Assembly (NCBI RefSeq): GCF_964355755.1
Contig: NC_092679.1
Span: forward strand, 21,497,432 to 21,561,431
Reading direction: 5' to 3'
From: Antedon mediterranea
Taxonomy: Eukaryota > Animalia > Echinodermata
DNA: 64,000 nt
The translations under genes were made by a program, and so were the position numbers. Of this stretch, positions 38,991 through 51,810 are shown piece by piece (position 1 is the stretch's first letter; each line of letters begins with the position of its first letter). The notes under the pieces were generated by a model. It was given only the letters and a program-made list of their open reading frames with translations. It searched no databases and was not told the origin of the DNA.

Positions 38991-39662
38991 TTTTTAGTCG
39001 CGTGGACGCGACTCAGTTCACTATGTCGGTCGGTCGGTCGGTCTGTCTGTCTGTCGGTCCGGTATCACTATGCGTTTTATCGCTTTCTGACCTTATCTTG
39101 ATATCAGTTTAATCTAGCTAAGTCAATTTTTCACAGTATATTCGTTATGGCCAGGAATCGATGTGGTTATGTTTTCACGGTGCGCAATAAAAAATTACGC
39201 GGTCTACGCACGATTTAACGAAATCACGTTTGTAATCATATCTTCACAACCATGAATCACAATTAAATAAAATTTGGTACTCATAAATTCCAGGGCATAA
39301 ATGGCATCATATGGCAATACAATTACGTGCGAAATTTATTTTCGATGAAATAACAATTTTAAGCATATACAAAATTGCCATGAGTGCGCAGATTTTTGCG
39401 CGCGCACTGCGCGTTAAATGTTTTTGCGCACTCTTTTTGCCTGATTTCTGTTTTCTTGACTTACTTTTCAACTCGAAATTACGTTATACGAGCACGTCAA
39501 AAGTGACAGGCTACGCACGTGTAAATTAAAAAAATATAAATGTTTTTAAACATTTCAACATTTTTAAACATGTTCAGTAATTTCGGTCAGTTGGTAGGTT
39601 GGTCGGTCGGTCGGTAAACACTAATGAGCACGCGACTACAGCCATCTATATGGCCTTGTTTT
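38991..39662 (+). mobile_element. Helentron-associated non-autonomous element (HINE/DINE-1-like)
   Basis: T-run ends, subterminal IR TAGTCGCGTG (38995) / CACGCGACTA (39629), (GTCG)n/(GTCT)n microsatellite, 3' hairpin GCCAT-CTAT-ATGGC; absent from the duplicate segment near 44980. Confidence 0.78.
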
Positions 39663-40147
39663 GTATATCGTGTTCTTCATGTATTTTATATTTGGCAATA
39701 AAAGAATAAGAATAAGAATAGGAATAATTTTTTATTAACATTAAAATGATTGTCCAGCCTATTCAGAAACTTTTCAAGGTACGGTCAAAAGACTCCCTGA
39801 CCACACCCACCACTGGACCTTTCCTGCTACGTGCCTCTTAGGCCTACTTGTTGTGATGAGCCACGGCATTTTAGGCATAATCAAATTATCGTGCACATGT
39901 GACTTTTTATAGTGCAGCCATATATTTATAAATTACATTATTATCTCCATTGTGCGCTTCAAATACTGTATTGTATTGTGAAAATTCTTTGCATATGAAA
40001 AGGCCCTGAATATATTCAAATATTCAATGTGTAGAAGTATAGGCTATTCCATTTCACTTAGCCCATTTGGTAACACCTCTCAGCTGCCTACAGACCTTAA
40101 CTAATTTTGTGTTTCGTGCTGTACCATAATATACGAAAAATCAGAAA

Positions 40148-43100
40148 ATGTGGAACTCAATGTCGTCATCGTATGATGTCATACAATCTGAGCTTTCGAT
40201 TAACTTAGATATTTTACCTTTTAAGATCTTTTTCGCTTTTTTCTATGGCGGTTTATCTGGAATCGTTACTTTTTCGGGATTATACTACAAAGAGATCGGA
40301 CTCCAGGCCCATGAGATCGGCTTTATATCTGGGGTTAGGCATGCTTGTGCTATTGTAATTTTACCTTTAATCGGCCCAATCACAGATTTGAAAAACTACA
40401 GAAGGGCATTCTTAATGGTCTTTATAGTCATGTTCGCTTGTGCTTCTACTCCTGTTGGGTTTGTTCCTAAGCCAGAAAGTTGCTGCAAGTCTACGTCAAA
40501 TGTGTCAAACGTCACCACAACATCTTGTTATAAGATAAGGCCTAACGATGATGGAGACTCATGTTGCAGGCTTACTTTGTCCAATAATGACCCACAAGAG
40601 CTCGGATACATTCAGTCTGATGTTTTGAAGGTGTTTATCGTTATTTGTGTTCTTAATGGTTTAGGAGAGTTAAGCTGGATGCCAATTCGTATAATCGGTG
40701 ACGTATCTTTATCCCAAGCTCTTGGTAGTCACAGTGACCGCTATGGAACGTCAAAGGTGTTTGGATCGATTGGAAGTGCTATTTTGTAAGTTTCCGTATA
40801 AAATATCTTTATTGTTTAATATATACAATTATTTTCTTTTACTGTCACCGATGTACTTTTCCAATGGTAGAATAGGGTTTAACGAGTATATTACTTCTAC
40901 ACATTAATAAATAAATGTAGGTTACAATTCAGATATTGAAAACTGGTAATTTTATAATTGAAAAAAAAGGCATATATAAATAATTATTTACATAATTTAA
41001 AGTAAATTTAAATGTCACTATTGAGAAAAAAAACATAATGGACCTGGAAGGGACTATAGACAAAGCAACCGTTTATGGATGCTGAAACAAACCATGTGAC
41101 AAATTCCCACAATCCTCCAATAGTGTTATTTATCAAGCATCTTTTATATTCTATGTAGGCGCACCTATTCTATTTTTTATAATTAAAATATTCGATTTCT
41201 GTACAGTACATTATTTGTTGGGTACTTCATTGACCTGAAAACTATTACCACCAAACAATGTGGAATTGAAGTTCAACAACACAACTATTCGTACATCTAC
41301 ATATCAAATGCAGTGCTTATGTTTCTTTCGCTATTAACCGTAGCGTGTTGTTTAAAGGTAACCGTACATAATAAATAATAACAATTATTACGATGAAATA
41401 CTAAATTACTGGTTTTTGTTGTTTTACAAGCAATAGAAATACATGCACTATTAATAAATGGCAACATTATTGCTTTTCCAGCAGAACCAATACCCGATAG
41501 TTACCGTTTCCTGGCCTTCAACATTTCAAATTTATATATTTCAAAAATGGCTTAGGTGTGGGATTCAAACCTCCGTCTTCTCACTGGCAGTGCAAGCATA
41601 CCATTTATACCACATCTATACATGCAGACGGCCATACCACATACAGCCTTAACACTTTGAAACACCGGTTCTCGTCAGATCACCGAAGTTAAGCAACGTT
41701 GGGCCTAGTTAGAGCTTGGATGGGAGACCGTCTAGAAATACCGGGTGCTGTGTATGGAGCGGGGGTCCCATTAGGCATTTGAAATCAGCACTGCTGACTC
41801 TCTAGTATCTGCCTCAGACGTATTGGCTTATGCCTCTCCTCTGGTTAAGGTGGGCACTGGACGAGAGAAGCCCTTGGTCAATGTTGGGACCAGCCAAAGG
41901 TGCTTTAAACAGTCCTGACTTAGTCATCATTCAGATGAATGAAGTCGGCCATATAAAAAAAGTACATGCAGTTCAAATTGTTACCAACACTCTTATTATA
42001 CGTTATCTGTATTATTATATGTCACCAATAGTTGAATGGCGAAGAAGAAGACGAAGATGAAGAGAACAGTAAGCGTACACATTCCTGGAAATATTACTTT
42101 ACTCCGTTTCTGAAGTTCAATTTCTTCAAACTCTATGTTATATCATTTTTGTTTGGAACACTAAAAGCTTCCTCTTTGAATACGTTTGCCTATATCCACT
42201 TACGCGAAGTAGGTGAGTACCATTCAAAGAGTTTCAATAGATTGTAGGCTAGTATTCTCTACCATAATTGTCTTTTCTACAGATGGCATTAGGTAAATCT
42301 TAACTGGCTTGACTTGAAAAAACGTGTGCTTGTATTTCAGTGACTTGCAACAGTTAAGAAGTAAACGCCTAACAGAGGCCACGTCTACTTCAATTCAATT
42401 TTATTTTCATAAGAGAGACTAAGTAACAAAGATTCTGATTGGTCGTCTTTCAGGTGGAAGTAACTTTCTAATAGGAGCCGCATCATCCATTGGCCCTGTT
42501 TTTGGAATTTTGTCTGGATTTGCTTCCACGTTTCTGATTCGTCAATTTAAACATTATCTACTTTGTGCGACTTTTGCGGCATCAGCATTTGTGATGTTTA
42601 TGTATAGCTTGCTAGATAGAGCGAACTGGCTGGTACTTATAGCTGCTATATTACAAGGTAGGCCTAGACCTTAATTACCACATATCTTTGATGAATGCTT
42701 GTCTCTAATACTCCCATTACTCTGCAGCGCAAATCTTTCCTTTATCTGTTCAATCCTATTCTAAATTGTTTTAATATTGTTTGTTTTTTCACCCTTCATA
42801 ACCTTATGTCAAAAATCGTGTGAAAAAAGGTAGGGTAGAGAGCGTTCTTTCTGTCTTGAAAATTGCCAAATACGGCGGCTCTCCGAGAGACTCTTTGGTC
42901 ATTTTTAGAAAACGTCCCTGTATTTCATGAACGTCATCCAAAGCGTCTATGGTGTACCACACATTGCTTAGGGGCGAATTCAAGAAAATGTGAGAAGAGA
43001 CGTATTTGTATTGATTGATTTATTTTTCACATTTTTTTTCTATATTTTAGGAGCAGCTCTAGTGATCGAATGGAACGTCTGTGTGTTTTTAATGCGACAA

Positions 43101-44285
43101 ATAATAGCTGACAACCAAGCAGGGGCAGTGTACAGCATCATGACTCTGACGTCAAAGATTGGTAAGCTGATCTCATCAGTTTTCGCCGGATATCTCTACT
43201 CTACGTTTGGCCCTGTTTGGCTTTTCCGAATCTTTGCATTCATTGCTGTTTTAAGTATTATCATATCTTGTGTAAGTACAGTCAGTATACTAATTAATTA
43301 TACTAATTAATTAGTCAGTATACTAATTTTTCAAGACATTATGTAGGTCTTAAGGCCAATTTACTAGGACGATAACGATCGACGATAAATAGACAAATAT
43401 TCATTTTCATACATTAAAAAAAGAAATGGAACTATATAGAATAACCATCTATGCTTCCTTTGATAAAAGTGATATTTTCACACGTCCAATGAAATGACGT
43501 CATGATCAAGAGCAATAATATCATGACAATACAACTATTGTATTGTTTTTATTTATCATGGCGTGATGGAAATTTAAAAAATATTATTTTGATCAAAGAC
43601 AGCATAAATGAATATCCTATAGTTCTAGAACGAAAACCTTTCTAATTTCCTAAAAATGCATGCTTATATATTTATCTTCGATCGTTATCGAGTGTAAATG
43701 GACCTTTCTATATCCCCTTTACAAAACCGTTTCTTTGAAGTAAGTTGCCAAACCGTTTAAGTTAAAGATATATTGTCCCCCTGAAAAAATAATTATTTAA
43801 ATTTTTTGTTGTTGAATATGCCATTTTAATGTCATATAACAGTTGTCCACTTTGACCAAAACTTAGATAAAAAATAGTCAAATTGGCTGCCAGCCAATGG
43901 ATTTTTGGTTGAATTTAACCATTTACTTTGTCATTTTATAAGGGAAAACATTTTGTTATCGTTTTTTTCTATGGAAGTGATTAACTAAAAAAAATAAAAT
44001 AAAATAACGTATTAAAAGTCTGATTTAATTAATCTTCATTTTTCATGTTTTTGGGGACAATACATCTTTAAGTATCTAACTATCAGTCACGGTGGCTACT
44101 TAAACATTAGAGGAAGTTAATTACACTGATGTTGGTGATGGGGCTGATGACCTTAAATGATAATAGACTAAACAAACAATGTTTCCCTTAATTGTTTTTA
44201 TTTTTAGATGAGCACTGCGTCAATTTCATATGTGAGCATAGATGAAGACAAAGAAGAAACGAATAAAATTAAAAATAGTTTTTAA
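40148..44285 (+). CDS. MFS transporter, MFSD6-like, copy 1 (C-terminus shortened by insertion)
   Basis: Exons 40148-40785, 41207-41357, 42032-42212, 42454-42657, 43051-43271, 44208-44285 join in phase; many TM helices; MFS_1_like motifs (LYYKEIGL..EIG, YG..KVFGSIG). Confidence 0.82.
41628..41962 (+). mobile_element. 5S rRNA-derived SINE (SINE3-type)
   Basis: 5S-like head 41628-41753 (ACGGCCATACCAC...GATCACCGAAGTTAAGC...CTTGGATGGGAGACC...AATACCGGGTGCTG), ~200-bp body, A tail and 9-bp TSD TACATGCAG (41619-41627, 41963-41971). A deleted remnant lies at ~46627-46768. Confidence 0.88.
43353..43705. mobile_element. Harbinger-like MITE present only in duplicate 1
   Basis: TIR AGGCCAATTTAC..CGATAACGATCG / CGATCGTTATCG..GTAAATGGACCT; only ~10 nt remain at the equivalent site (~50550). 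Confidence 0.65.
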
Positions 44286-44422
44286 TATTGTTTGATCACT
44301 GTAAGTTACTTTATTTAAACGTTCATATCTTTTTGATACCTATTACTTTATATTTAAGTGATTTGTGTTATGGTTGTATTTTTTGAAATGAATAAAAAAA
44401 AATGAAAAAAAAAAAAAAAATT
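44276..44422 (+). mobile_element. Short poly(A)-tailed retroposed insertion in the last MFS exon
   Basis: AATAAA + A-run, flanked by AAATTAAAAA duplication (44266-44275, 44423-44432); absent in copy 2. Confidence 0.8.
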
Positions 44423-47400
44423 AAATTAAAAAGGATGCACATACAGAGGTGACCCGCCTAATAAGCCAATCCACTCAGACCATGAAGTAATAATAATGCT
44501 CAGACTAATATTAGATTTTTTTTATAAGGCCTAAACACACATTGTGTCCTGTTGTTATCCATCTCCCATATTTTTGAAAATAATACAAAATAGTTTATAA
44601 TTGTTTCATCTTTAGAATGTCAGTATTTTTACTGAAAAAAATCCAGATTGTGTCCACATATCGTATGTTATATTCTCCTATTTTGTTTAAGATGTATTTG
44701 TGCTCCAAAAACTTGAACAATTAAGATTAATAAAATCATATTTTGAATAGGCTATTTTGTAGTTTTAATTATATTTTATTCTGCGTCTTTAGGCACATGC
44801 GAAGGATTATCAATAATACATTAGCCCTAATCAACACTCTATTATCATTATAAGTGGTTCCCCTGGCACACGGGATGTGAACCAGTACACCGGTGTAATC
44901 CTTATTCGTCTCTAATGATGAACTGTGTACAATACAAACGCTAGTCAATCAGTCAGTCTTAATCAAATACAATTTCAGCATAATCTTTTTTTTTATTAAC
45001 ATTAAAATGATTGTCCAGCCTGTTCAGAAACTTTTCAAGGTACGGTCAAAAGACTCCCTGACCACACCCACCACTGGACCTTTCCTGCTACGTGCCTCTT
45101 AGGCCTACTTGTTGTGATGAGCCACGGCATTTTAGGCTTAACCAAATTATTGTGGTGACTTTTTATAGTGCAGCCATATATTTATAAATGGCCGTATGTA
45201 TTACATTATCTCCATTGTGTGCGCTTTAAATACTGTATTGTATTGTGAAAACTCTTTGCATATGAAAAGGCCTGAATATAATATTCAAATATTCGATGTG
45301 TAGAAGTAGGCTATTCTATTTCACTTTAGCTAATTTGGTAACACCTCTCAGCCTACAGACCTTAACTAATTGTGTGTTTCGTGCTGTATATACGCAAAGT
45401 CAGAAAATGTGGAATTCGATGTCTTCATCGTATGATGTCATACAATCTGAGTTGTCGATTAACTTTGATATTTTACCTTTTAAGATCTTTTTCGCTTTTT
45501 TCTACAGCGGTTTATATGGAATCTTTACTTTTTCGGGATTATACTACAAAGAGATCGGACTCCAGGCCCATGAGATCGGCTTTATATCTGGGGTTAGGCA
45601 TGCTTGTGCTATTGTAATTTTACCTTTAATCGGCCCAATCACAGATTTGAAAAACTACAGAAGGGCTATCTTAATTGTCTTTATAGTCACGTTCGCTTGT
45701 GCTTCTACTCCTGTTGGATTTGTCCCGAAGCCAGAAAGTTGCTGCAAGTCTACGTCAAATGTGTCAAACGTCACTACATCTTGTTATGAGATTAATAACG
45801 ATGATGGAGACTCATGTTGCAGGCTTACTTTGTCCAATAATGACCAACAAGAGTTCGGATACATTCAGTCTGATGTTTTGAAGGTGTTTATCGTTATTTG
45901 TGTTCTCAATGGTTTAGGAGAGTTAAGCTGGATGCCAATTCGTATAATCGGTGACGTATGTTTATTCCAAGCTCTTGGGAGTCACAGTGACCGCTATGGA
46001 ACGACAAAGGTGTTTGGAGCGATTGGAAGTGCTATTTTGTAAGTTTCCGTATAAAATATCTTTATTGTTTAATATATACAATTATTTTCTTTTACTGCCA
46101 CCGATGTACTTTTCCAATGGTAGAATAGGTTTTAACGGGTAGGTCTATACTACTTTTACTCATATATTGAAAACTGGTGATTTTAAAATTGAAATAAAAA
46201 GGCATATATAAATAATTATTTACATAATTTAAAGTAAATTTAAATGTCACTATTGATTGACCTGAAAACTATTACCACCAAACAATGTGGAATTGAAGTT
46301 CAACAACACAACTATTCGTACATCTACATATCAAATGCAGTGCTTATGTTTCTTTCGCTATTAACCGTAGCGTTTTGTTTAAAGGTAGGCCTAACCGTAC
46401 ATAATAAATACGATTACAATGAAACATGAAATACTAAATTAGCTGGTTTTTGTTGTTTTACAAGCAATAGAAATACCAGTTTAGCCATATGCACTGAATA
46501 AATGGCAACATTATTGCTTTTCCAGCAGAACCAATCTGGCCTTCAAAATTTCCAATTTATATATTTCATAAATGGCCTAGGTGGGATTCAAACCTCCGTC
46601 TTCTCACGGCAGTGCAAGTATACCGTTACCAAAGTTAAGCAACGTTGGGCCCGGTCGCGTTCCGTCTAGAAATACCGGGTGCTGTTTATGGAGCTGGGGT
46701 CCCATTAGGCATTTGAAATCAGCACTGCTGATTCTTATGGTAGCTCATGCATCTAGTATCTGCCTCAGGTTACCAACACTCTTATTATACGTTATCTTTA
46801 TTACTATATTATAATGTCACCAATAGTTGAATGGCGAAGAAGAAGATGGAGAGAAAAGTAAGCGTACGCATTCCTGGAAATATTATTTGACTCCGTTTTT
46901 GAAGTTCAATTTCTTCAAACTCTATGTTATATCATTTTTGTTTGGAACACTAAAAACTTCCTCTTTGAATACGTTTGCCTTTATCTACTTACGCGAAGTA
47001 GGTGAGTACCATTCAAAGAGTTTCGATAGATTGTAGGCTAGTAGTATTCTCTAACCATCATTTTGTAATTATGTTGCGCGTATGTTGCGCGCGTTGTCTT
47101 TGGCATCATGACAACTTTTCTACAACTGTCATATTATCATGGTTGATCTCTTATCATTGCAAGATAGTGGTGGTCTAGTGACAGAGTTAACATGCCTTGA
47201 ATACACTTGTACTTGTATTGTATATACAATAATAATGAATGAATGAATCTCAATAACTTGCAATATGTATCTAATGAAAGTATGAAACTTTAAATGAACA
47301 CAATCATGGTTGACTCCGTGGTTAACAAATTCAACTCATAAAACAATGTATACCTTCTGGCACACTTTACCAAGCGTGCATTCTGGATGGAGAGGCCACG

Positions 47401-47892
47401 TAGTAGCAAAGATTGTATATACAATATACGGCGCTATACAATCTTTGTTAGTAGTACTTCTTTGACTTTTGAGTTACATATGACTAAGCGTTCGTAACAA
47501 AGATTCTGATTGGTCGTCTTTCAGGTGGAAGTAACTTTCTAATAGGAGCCGCATCATCCATTGGCACTGCTTTTGGAATTCTTTCTGGATTTGCTTCCAC
47601 ATTTCTGATTCGTCAATTTAAACATTATCTACTTTTTGCGACATTTGCGGCATCAGCATGTGTGATGTTTATGTATAGCTTGATGGATAGATTGAACTGG
47701 CTGGTACTTATAGCTGCTATATTGCAAGGTAGGCCTAGACCTGTACCACATCCCTTTGATGAATTCTTGTCTCTACAGTAACACTCCCATTACTCTGCAG
47801 CGCAAATCTTTCCTTTTCCTGTTCAATCCCATTCTACATTGTTTGTTTTTAATATTGTTTGTTTATTCACCCTTCATAACATTATGTCAGAA

Positions 47893-48094
47893 TAGATGAC
47901 AAATTTCGTTTTTGTAAAAGCACAAGTTAACGGAGTACTTACTCGAACGTTTCGATCTCTATCAGAGATCCTTCTCAACTGACTGCGGAGTGTTAATGCA
48001 GCTTGGTCATTCTTGACGTCATCTGTTGATGACGTCGTACGCCTCCGGTTGTAGGTTGGAGGTTGTGCGGGGCTCGGCCAGGTGATGTGTCTAT

Positions 48095-48137
<43 letters not shown>

Positions 48138-50125
48138 TTTCCTTTATTGCGTAACACATCCAAATGCCAACTTCAAGTCAATGGCTACCAGATGTCTCTG
48201 TGAGACGGTTATTTGAACCAGTACCAGTACCAGCATCAAGTAAGCAATGATGAAGTTGACATAAATATAATAGTAAATATGTAAACACATAGTATAACAC
48301 AGTCCAAACAAGTAATACTAAAATATATCATAGTCCACAAATCAGACTTTCAATGGCCATCATAGTACATCCAGTAACACAAACCAATAGAGGTTCACAA
48401 TTTGCTTATCATAACTCAGTTACTGATCATTCACCAATCATTAAAAACTCCGTGGAAAGTAATGAAGTTTTTTGTGCGTTGTGTCCGGACTTTGGGGAGG
48501 GTGAACGATCTAACGCGTCGGAGCTGATGGTTGTGTGTGGGAGGTTTAGGTAAGAGAGAGTGTAATATATGATCTTCTTTTTTCATTTTATCAAAGAATT
48601 TTCTTGACAACTTCTCGCGGCGTTCAGATAGAGTGATGATGTTAAGGTATCTGCGGGTATCAGCATACGAGGTACCATCGGGGCATATTATGTTACACGC
48701 TCTTCTTTGGACATGTTCGATTTGGTCAGATTGTGCTTTGGATAAACTCGGGGACCAAACAGCACAGGCATATTCGAGAACTGGTCGTATCACTGCTTGA
48801 TAGTATCAAATCATTGTACAAATGCGAGAGTTCGTGGGCTCCAGTGTCCCGGTTCATGGTCTTCTCCTTATTTCTCCTTATATGTAATGATTCTCTAATC
48901 TGTCTGTCTTTGCGTTTAGGCTCTTTGGTTAAGGTGGTAGCCTCCCAGTTTGGTACATGATTGTGTTTTATGACATGTTCTGTAATGGCAGATTTGTGTA
49001 TGATCGAAGATGTGGATGTTCTGGAGGCCCTAGTCATTACTCCCCCCGTGTTTGTTGTAACATCTTTTTTGTGATCATTAATTCGTGTTTGTAATGCCCT
49101 CCCTGTTTCCCCAATGTAAACTTGTGGAGAGTTGCGGCAGGTGACTTCGTAGATTACTCCACATGTATCCATCTTCTCGATTTTATCTTTTGGGTGGACG
49201 AGGCTATTCTTGATTTTATTTTGGGGTAGGAAATAGGTTCCGACATTGTGATAGGAGAGAGTGCGTCGTATTCTTTCTGCCATTTCTTTTACGTAGGGGA
49301 TTCCTATGCTACCTCGCATCTTGATCTTTTCCTTCTGTGGTTCGTGTCCTTTGTTCTTTTTTCTTTTTCGATTTTCCATAACTCTCTGGAAGGACACTCT
49401 GGATACTGGCAGTTGTGTAACGCTTTCTTGATGTTATCCATCTCAACTTTCCTCAAATCCATATCTCCCACTACCTTCTCAGCTCTGTCCACAAGCGTGT
49501 TTATAAGCCCCAGTTTGTGTTCGAGTGGATGATGTGAGTTGAAATGTAAATATTGGTCCGTGTGAGTGGGCTTCCGATAAACTGAGGTGGTAACTGTTCC
49601 ATTGTCATTGAGTGTGATGAGCATGTCCAGGAAAGGTATTGTGGTATTGTGTTGTTTGTCATCGATTCTGTGGTGAACTTGATATTGTCAGTTATATCGA
49701 TGTTATTAAGATGTGTGTTAAATGTATGTACTGTACCTATGGGGATGATAGCTAATACATCATCAACGTATCGTTTCCAATACACAGGCTTGATGTTAGT
49801 GGGTGCCGTGTTTATGGCTTGATGTTCGAGCCACTCTAGATACAAGTTCGCCAATATAGGACTTATTGGGCTTCCCATAGCAATGCCTTGTATTTGCCTA
49901 TAAATGTTACCATTGAACGAGAAATAGGTTTTGTTCACAATTAAACCGAGGAGCTCCATTAGATGACGTCAAGAATGACCAAGCTGCATTAACACTCCGC
50001 AGTCAGTTGAGAAGGATCTCTGATAGAGATCGAAACGTTCGAGTAAGTACTCCGTTAACTTGTGCTTTTACAAGAACGAAATTTGTCATCTATACAAAAT
50101 CGAAGCTAAATGAAATTCTTTCAAG
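47893..50125 (-). mobile_element. 5'-truncated Penelope-like retroelement (RT + GIY-YIG) with inverted pseudo-LTRs
   Basis: RT motifs QIQGIAMGSPISP, RYVDD, VYRKPTHTDQYL; GIY-YIG GVIYEVTC..YIGETGR; frameshifted. 132-bp inverted repeats (47893-48024, 49961-50092) and 12-bp TSD ATTATGTCAGAA (47881-47892, 50126-50137). Confidence 0.92.
48092..48803 (-). mobile_element. 3' fragment of a CR1/L2-group LINE nested in the Penelope element
   Basis: YQAVIRPVLEYACAVWSP..IEHVQRRA C-terminal LINE motif, 3' UTR and (TAAA)n tail; removing it restores the Penelope ORF (NDLI|DTSPG). Confidence 0.88.
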
Positions 50126-51810
50126 ATTATGTCAGAAATCGTAAAAAAAGTCCCTGTACTTCATGAATGTCATCCAAAGCGTCTATGGAGTACAACACTT
50201 TGTTTAGCGGCGAATTCAAGAAGGTGTAAGATGAGACGTATCTCATTCTGTATTGATTGATTGATTGAATTTTCATTTTTTTTCTGTAATTTAGGAGCAG
50301 CTCTAGTGATCGAATGGAACGTCTTTGTGTTTATCATGCGACAAATAGTAGCTGACAACCAAACAGGGGCAGTGTACAGCATCATGACTTTGACGTCAAG
50401 GATTGGTAAGCTGATCTCATCAGTTTTAGCCGGATATCTCTACTCTACGTTTGGCCCTGTTTGGCTTTTCCGAATCTTTGCATTCATTGCTGTTTTAAGT
50501 ATTATCATATCTTGTGTAAGTACAGTCAGTATACTACATTATATAGGTCGAATTTGGCCTTTCTATATCCCCTTGTCAAAACCGAAGTAAGTTGCCAAAC
50601 CGTTTAAGTTAAAGATATATTGTACCCCTGAAAAAATAATTATTTCAATTTTTTTCGTTGAATATGCCATTTTAATGTAATATAACAGTTGTCCACTTTG
50701 ACCAAAAATTGGATCGAAAAAAAATGTATTTACCTTTAAAAACTGTAATTTAAAGCAAAATAATAGTCAAATTGGCTGCCAGCCAATGGATTTTTGGTTG
50801 AATTTAACGATTTACTTTGTCATTTATAAGGGAAAACATATTTTTGTTTTCGTTTTTTTTTTCTATGGAAGTGATTAACTAAAAAAATAAAATAAAATAA
50901 CGTATTCAAAGTCTGATTTAATTAATCTTCATTTTTCATGTTTTTGGGGACAATACATCTTTAAAATATCTAACCATCAGTCATGGTGGGCTAATTAAAC
51001 ATTAGAGGAAGTTAATTACACTGATGTTGGTGATGGGGCTGACGACCTTAAATGATAATATACTAAACTTCCTGTAATTGTTTTTATTTTTAGATGAGCA
51101 CTGCATCAATTTCATATGTGAGCATAGATGAAGACAAAGAAGAAACGAATAAAATTAAAAATGATGCACATACAGAGGTGACCCACCTAATCAGCCAACC
51201 CACTCAGACCATGAAGTAATTGTAATGCTAAGACTAATATTAGATTTTGAAAAGGCCTAAACACACATCTGTTATCCATCGTCCAAATGTTTGTCCCGAA
51301 AATAATACAAAATAGTTTATAATTGTTTCAGCTTTACAATGTCAAAAAAAAAAGCTAGATTGTGTTTTCATATCGTATGTTATTTTCTCCTTTTTTGTTT
51401 AAGATGCATTGCGCCCCAAAACAGGAACAATTAAGATTAATAAAACCAGATTTTGAATAGGTCATTTTGTAGTTTCAACAATTATATTTTAGACTGTGTC
51501 TTTAGGTACATTAAACATCATCTCCCTATTATCAGAACACGTGGTTCCCCTAGCACATGGGCTTAACACTTACTCGTCTCGATGAACTGGATTATTTAAA
51601 ATACACACGGGCAAACTATGTATATTCTTTATCTGCGAGAAGACTTGTTTTACCTCCAGAACAATCGCACACGATGCTACCGGTAACCCTTAGGGCACAA
51701 AGCCTGAGAACCGTGCGTGGCATTATAGTATGATAACGTTTTAGCGCTAATCTCTAATTAGGATTCTCTCTATGAAATGATTTACTAATAGTAAATTGTG
51801 GTTACGTCAC

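Larger units (their letters stand above)
45407..51219 (+). pseudogene. MFS transporter copy 2, probably non-functional (exon 2 acceptor deleted)
   Basis: Exons approx. 45407-46038, remnant 46256-46384, 46827-47001, 47525-47728, 50295-50515, 51094-51219. About 205 bp covering the intron 1 acceptor and the exon 2 start are missing relative to copy 1. Confidence 0.7.
38815..51590 (+). repeat. Tandem segmental duplication (unit 1 ~38815-44930, unit 2 ~44940-51590)
   Basis: Promoter, exons, introns, Kolobok MITE and 3' flank align at high identity between the two units. Confidence 0.92.

Noticed and set aside
41628-41753. Functional 5S rRNA gene
   Set aside because: 5' end missing, 15-nt insertion, no T-run terminator; continues into a body and A tail flanked by a TSD.
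47893-50092. DNA transposon defined by 132-bp TIRs
   Set aside because: The interior encodes RT and GIY-YIG; the repeats are Penelope pseudo-LTRs of unequal length.
38815-51590. Tandem MFS copies as a haplotype assembly artefact
   Set aside because: Many substitutions, indels and copy-specific insertions with a continuous head-to-tail junction favour a real duplication, though read depth would be needed to exclude it fully.
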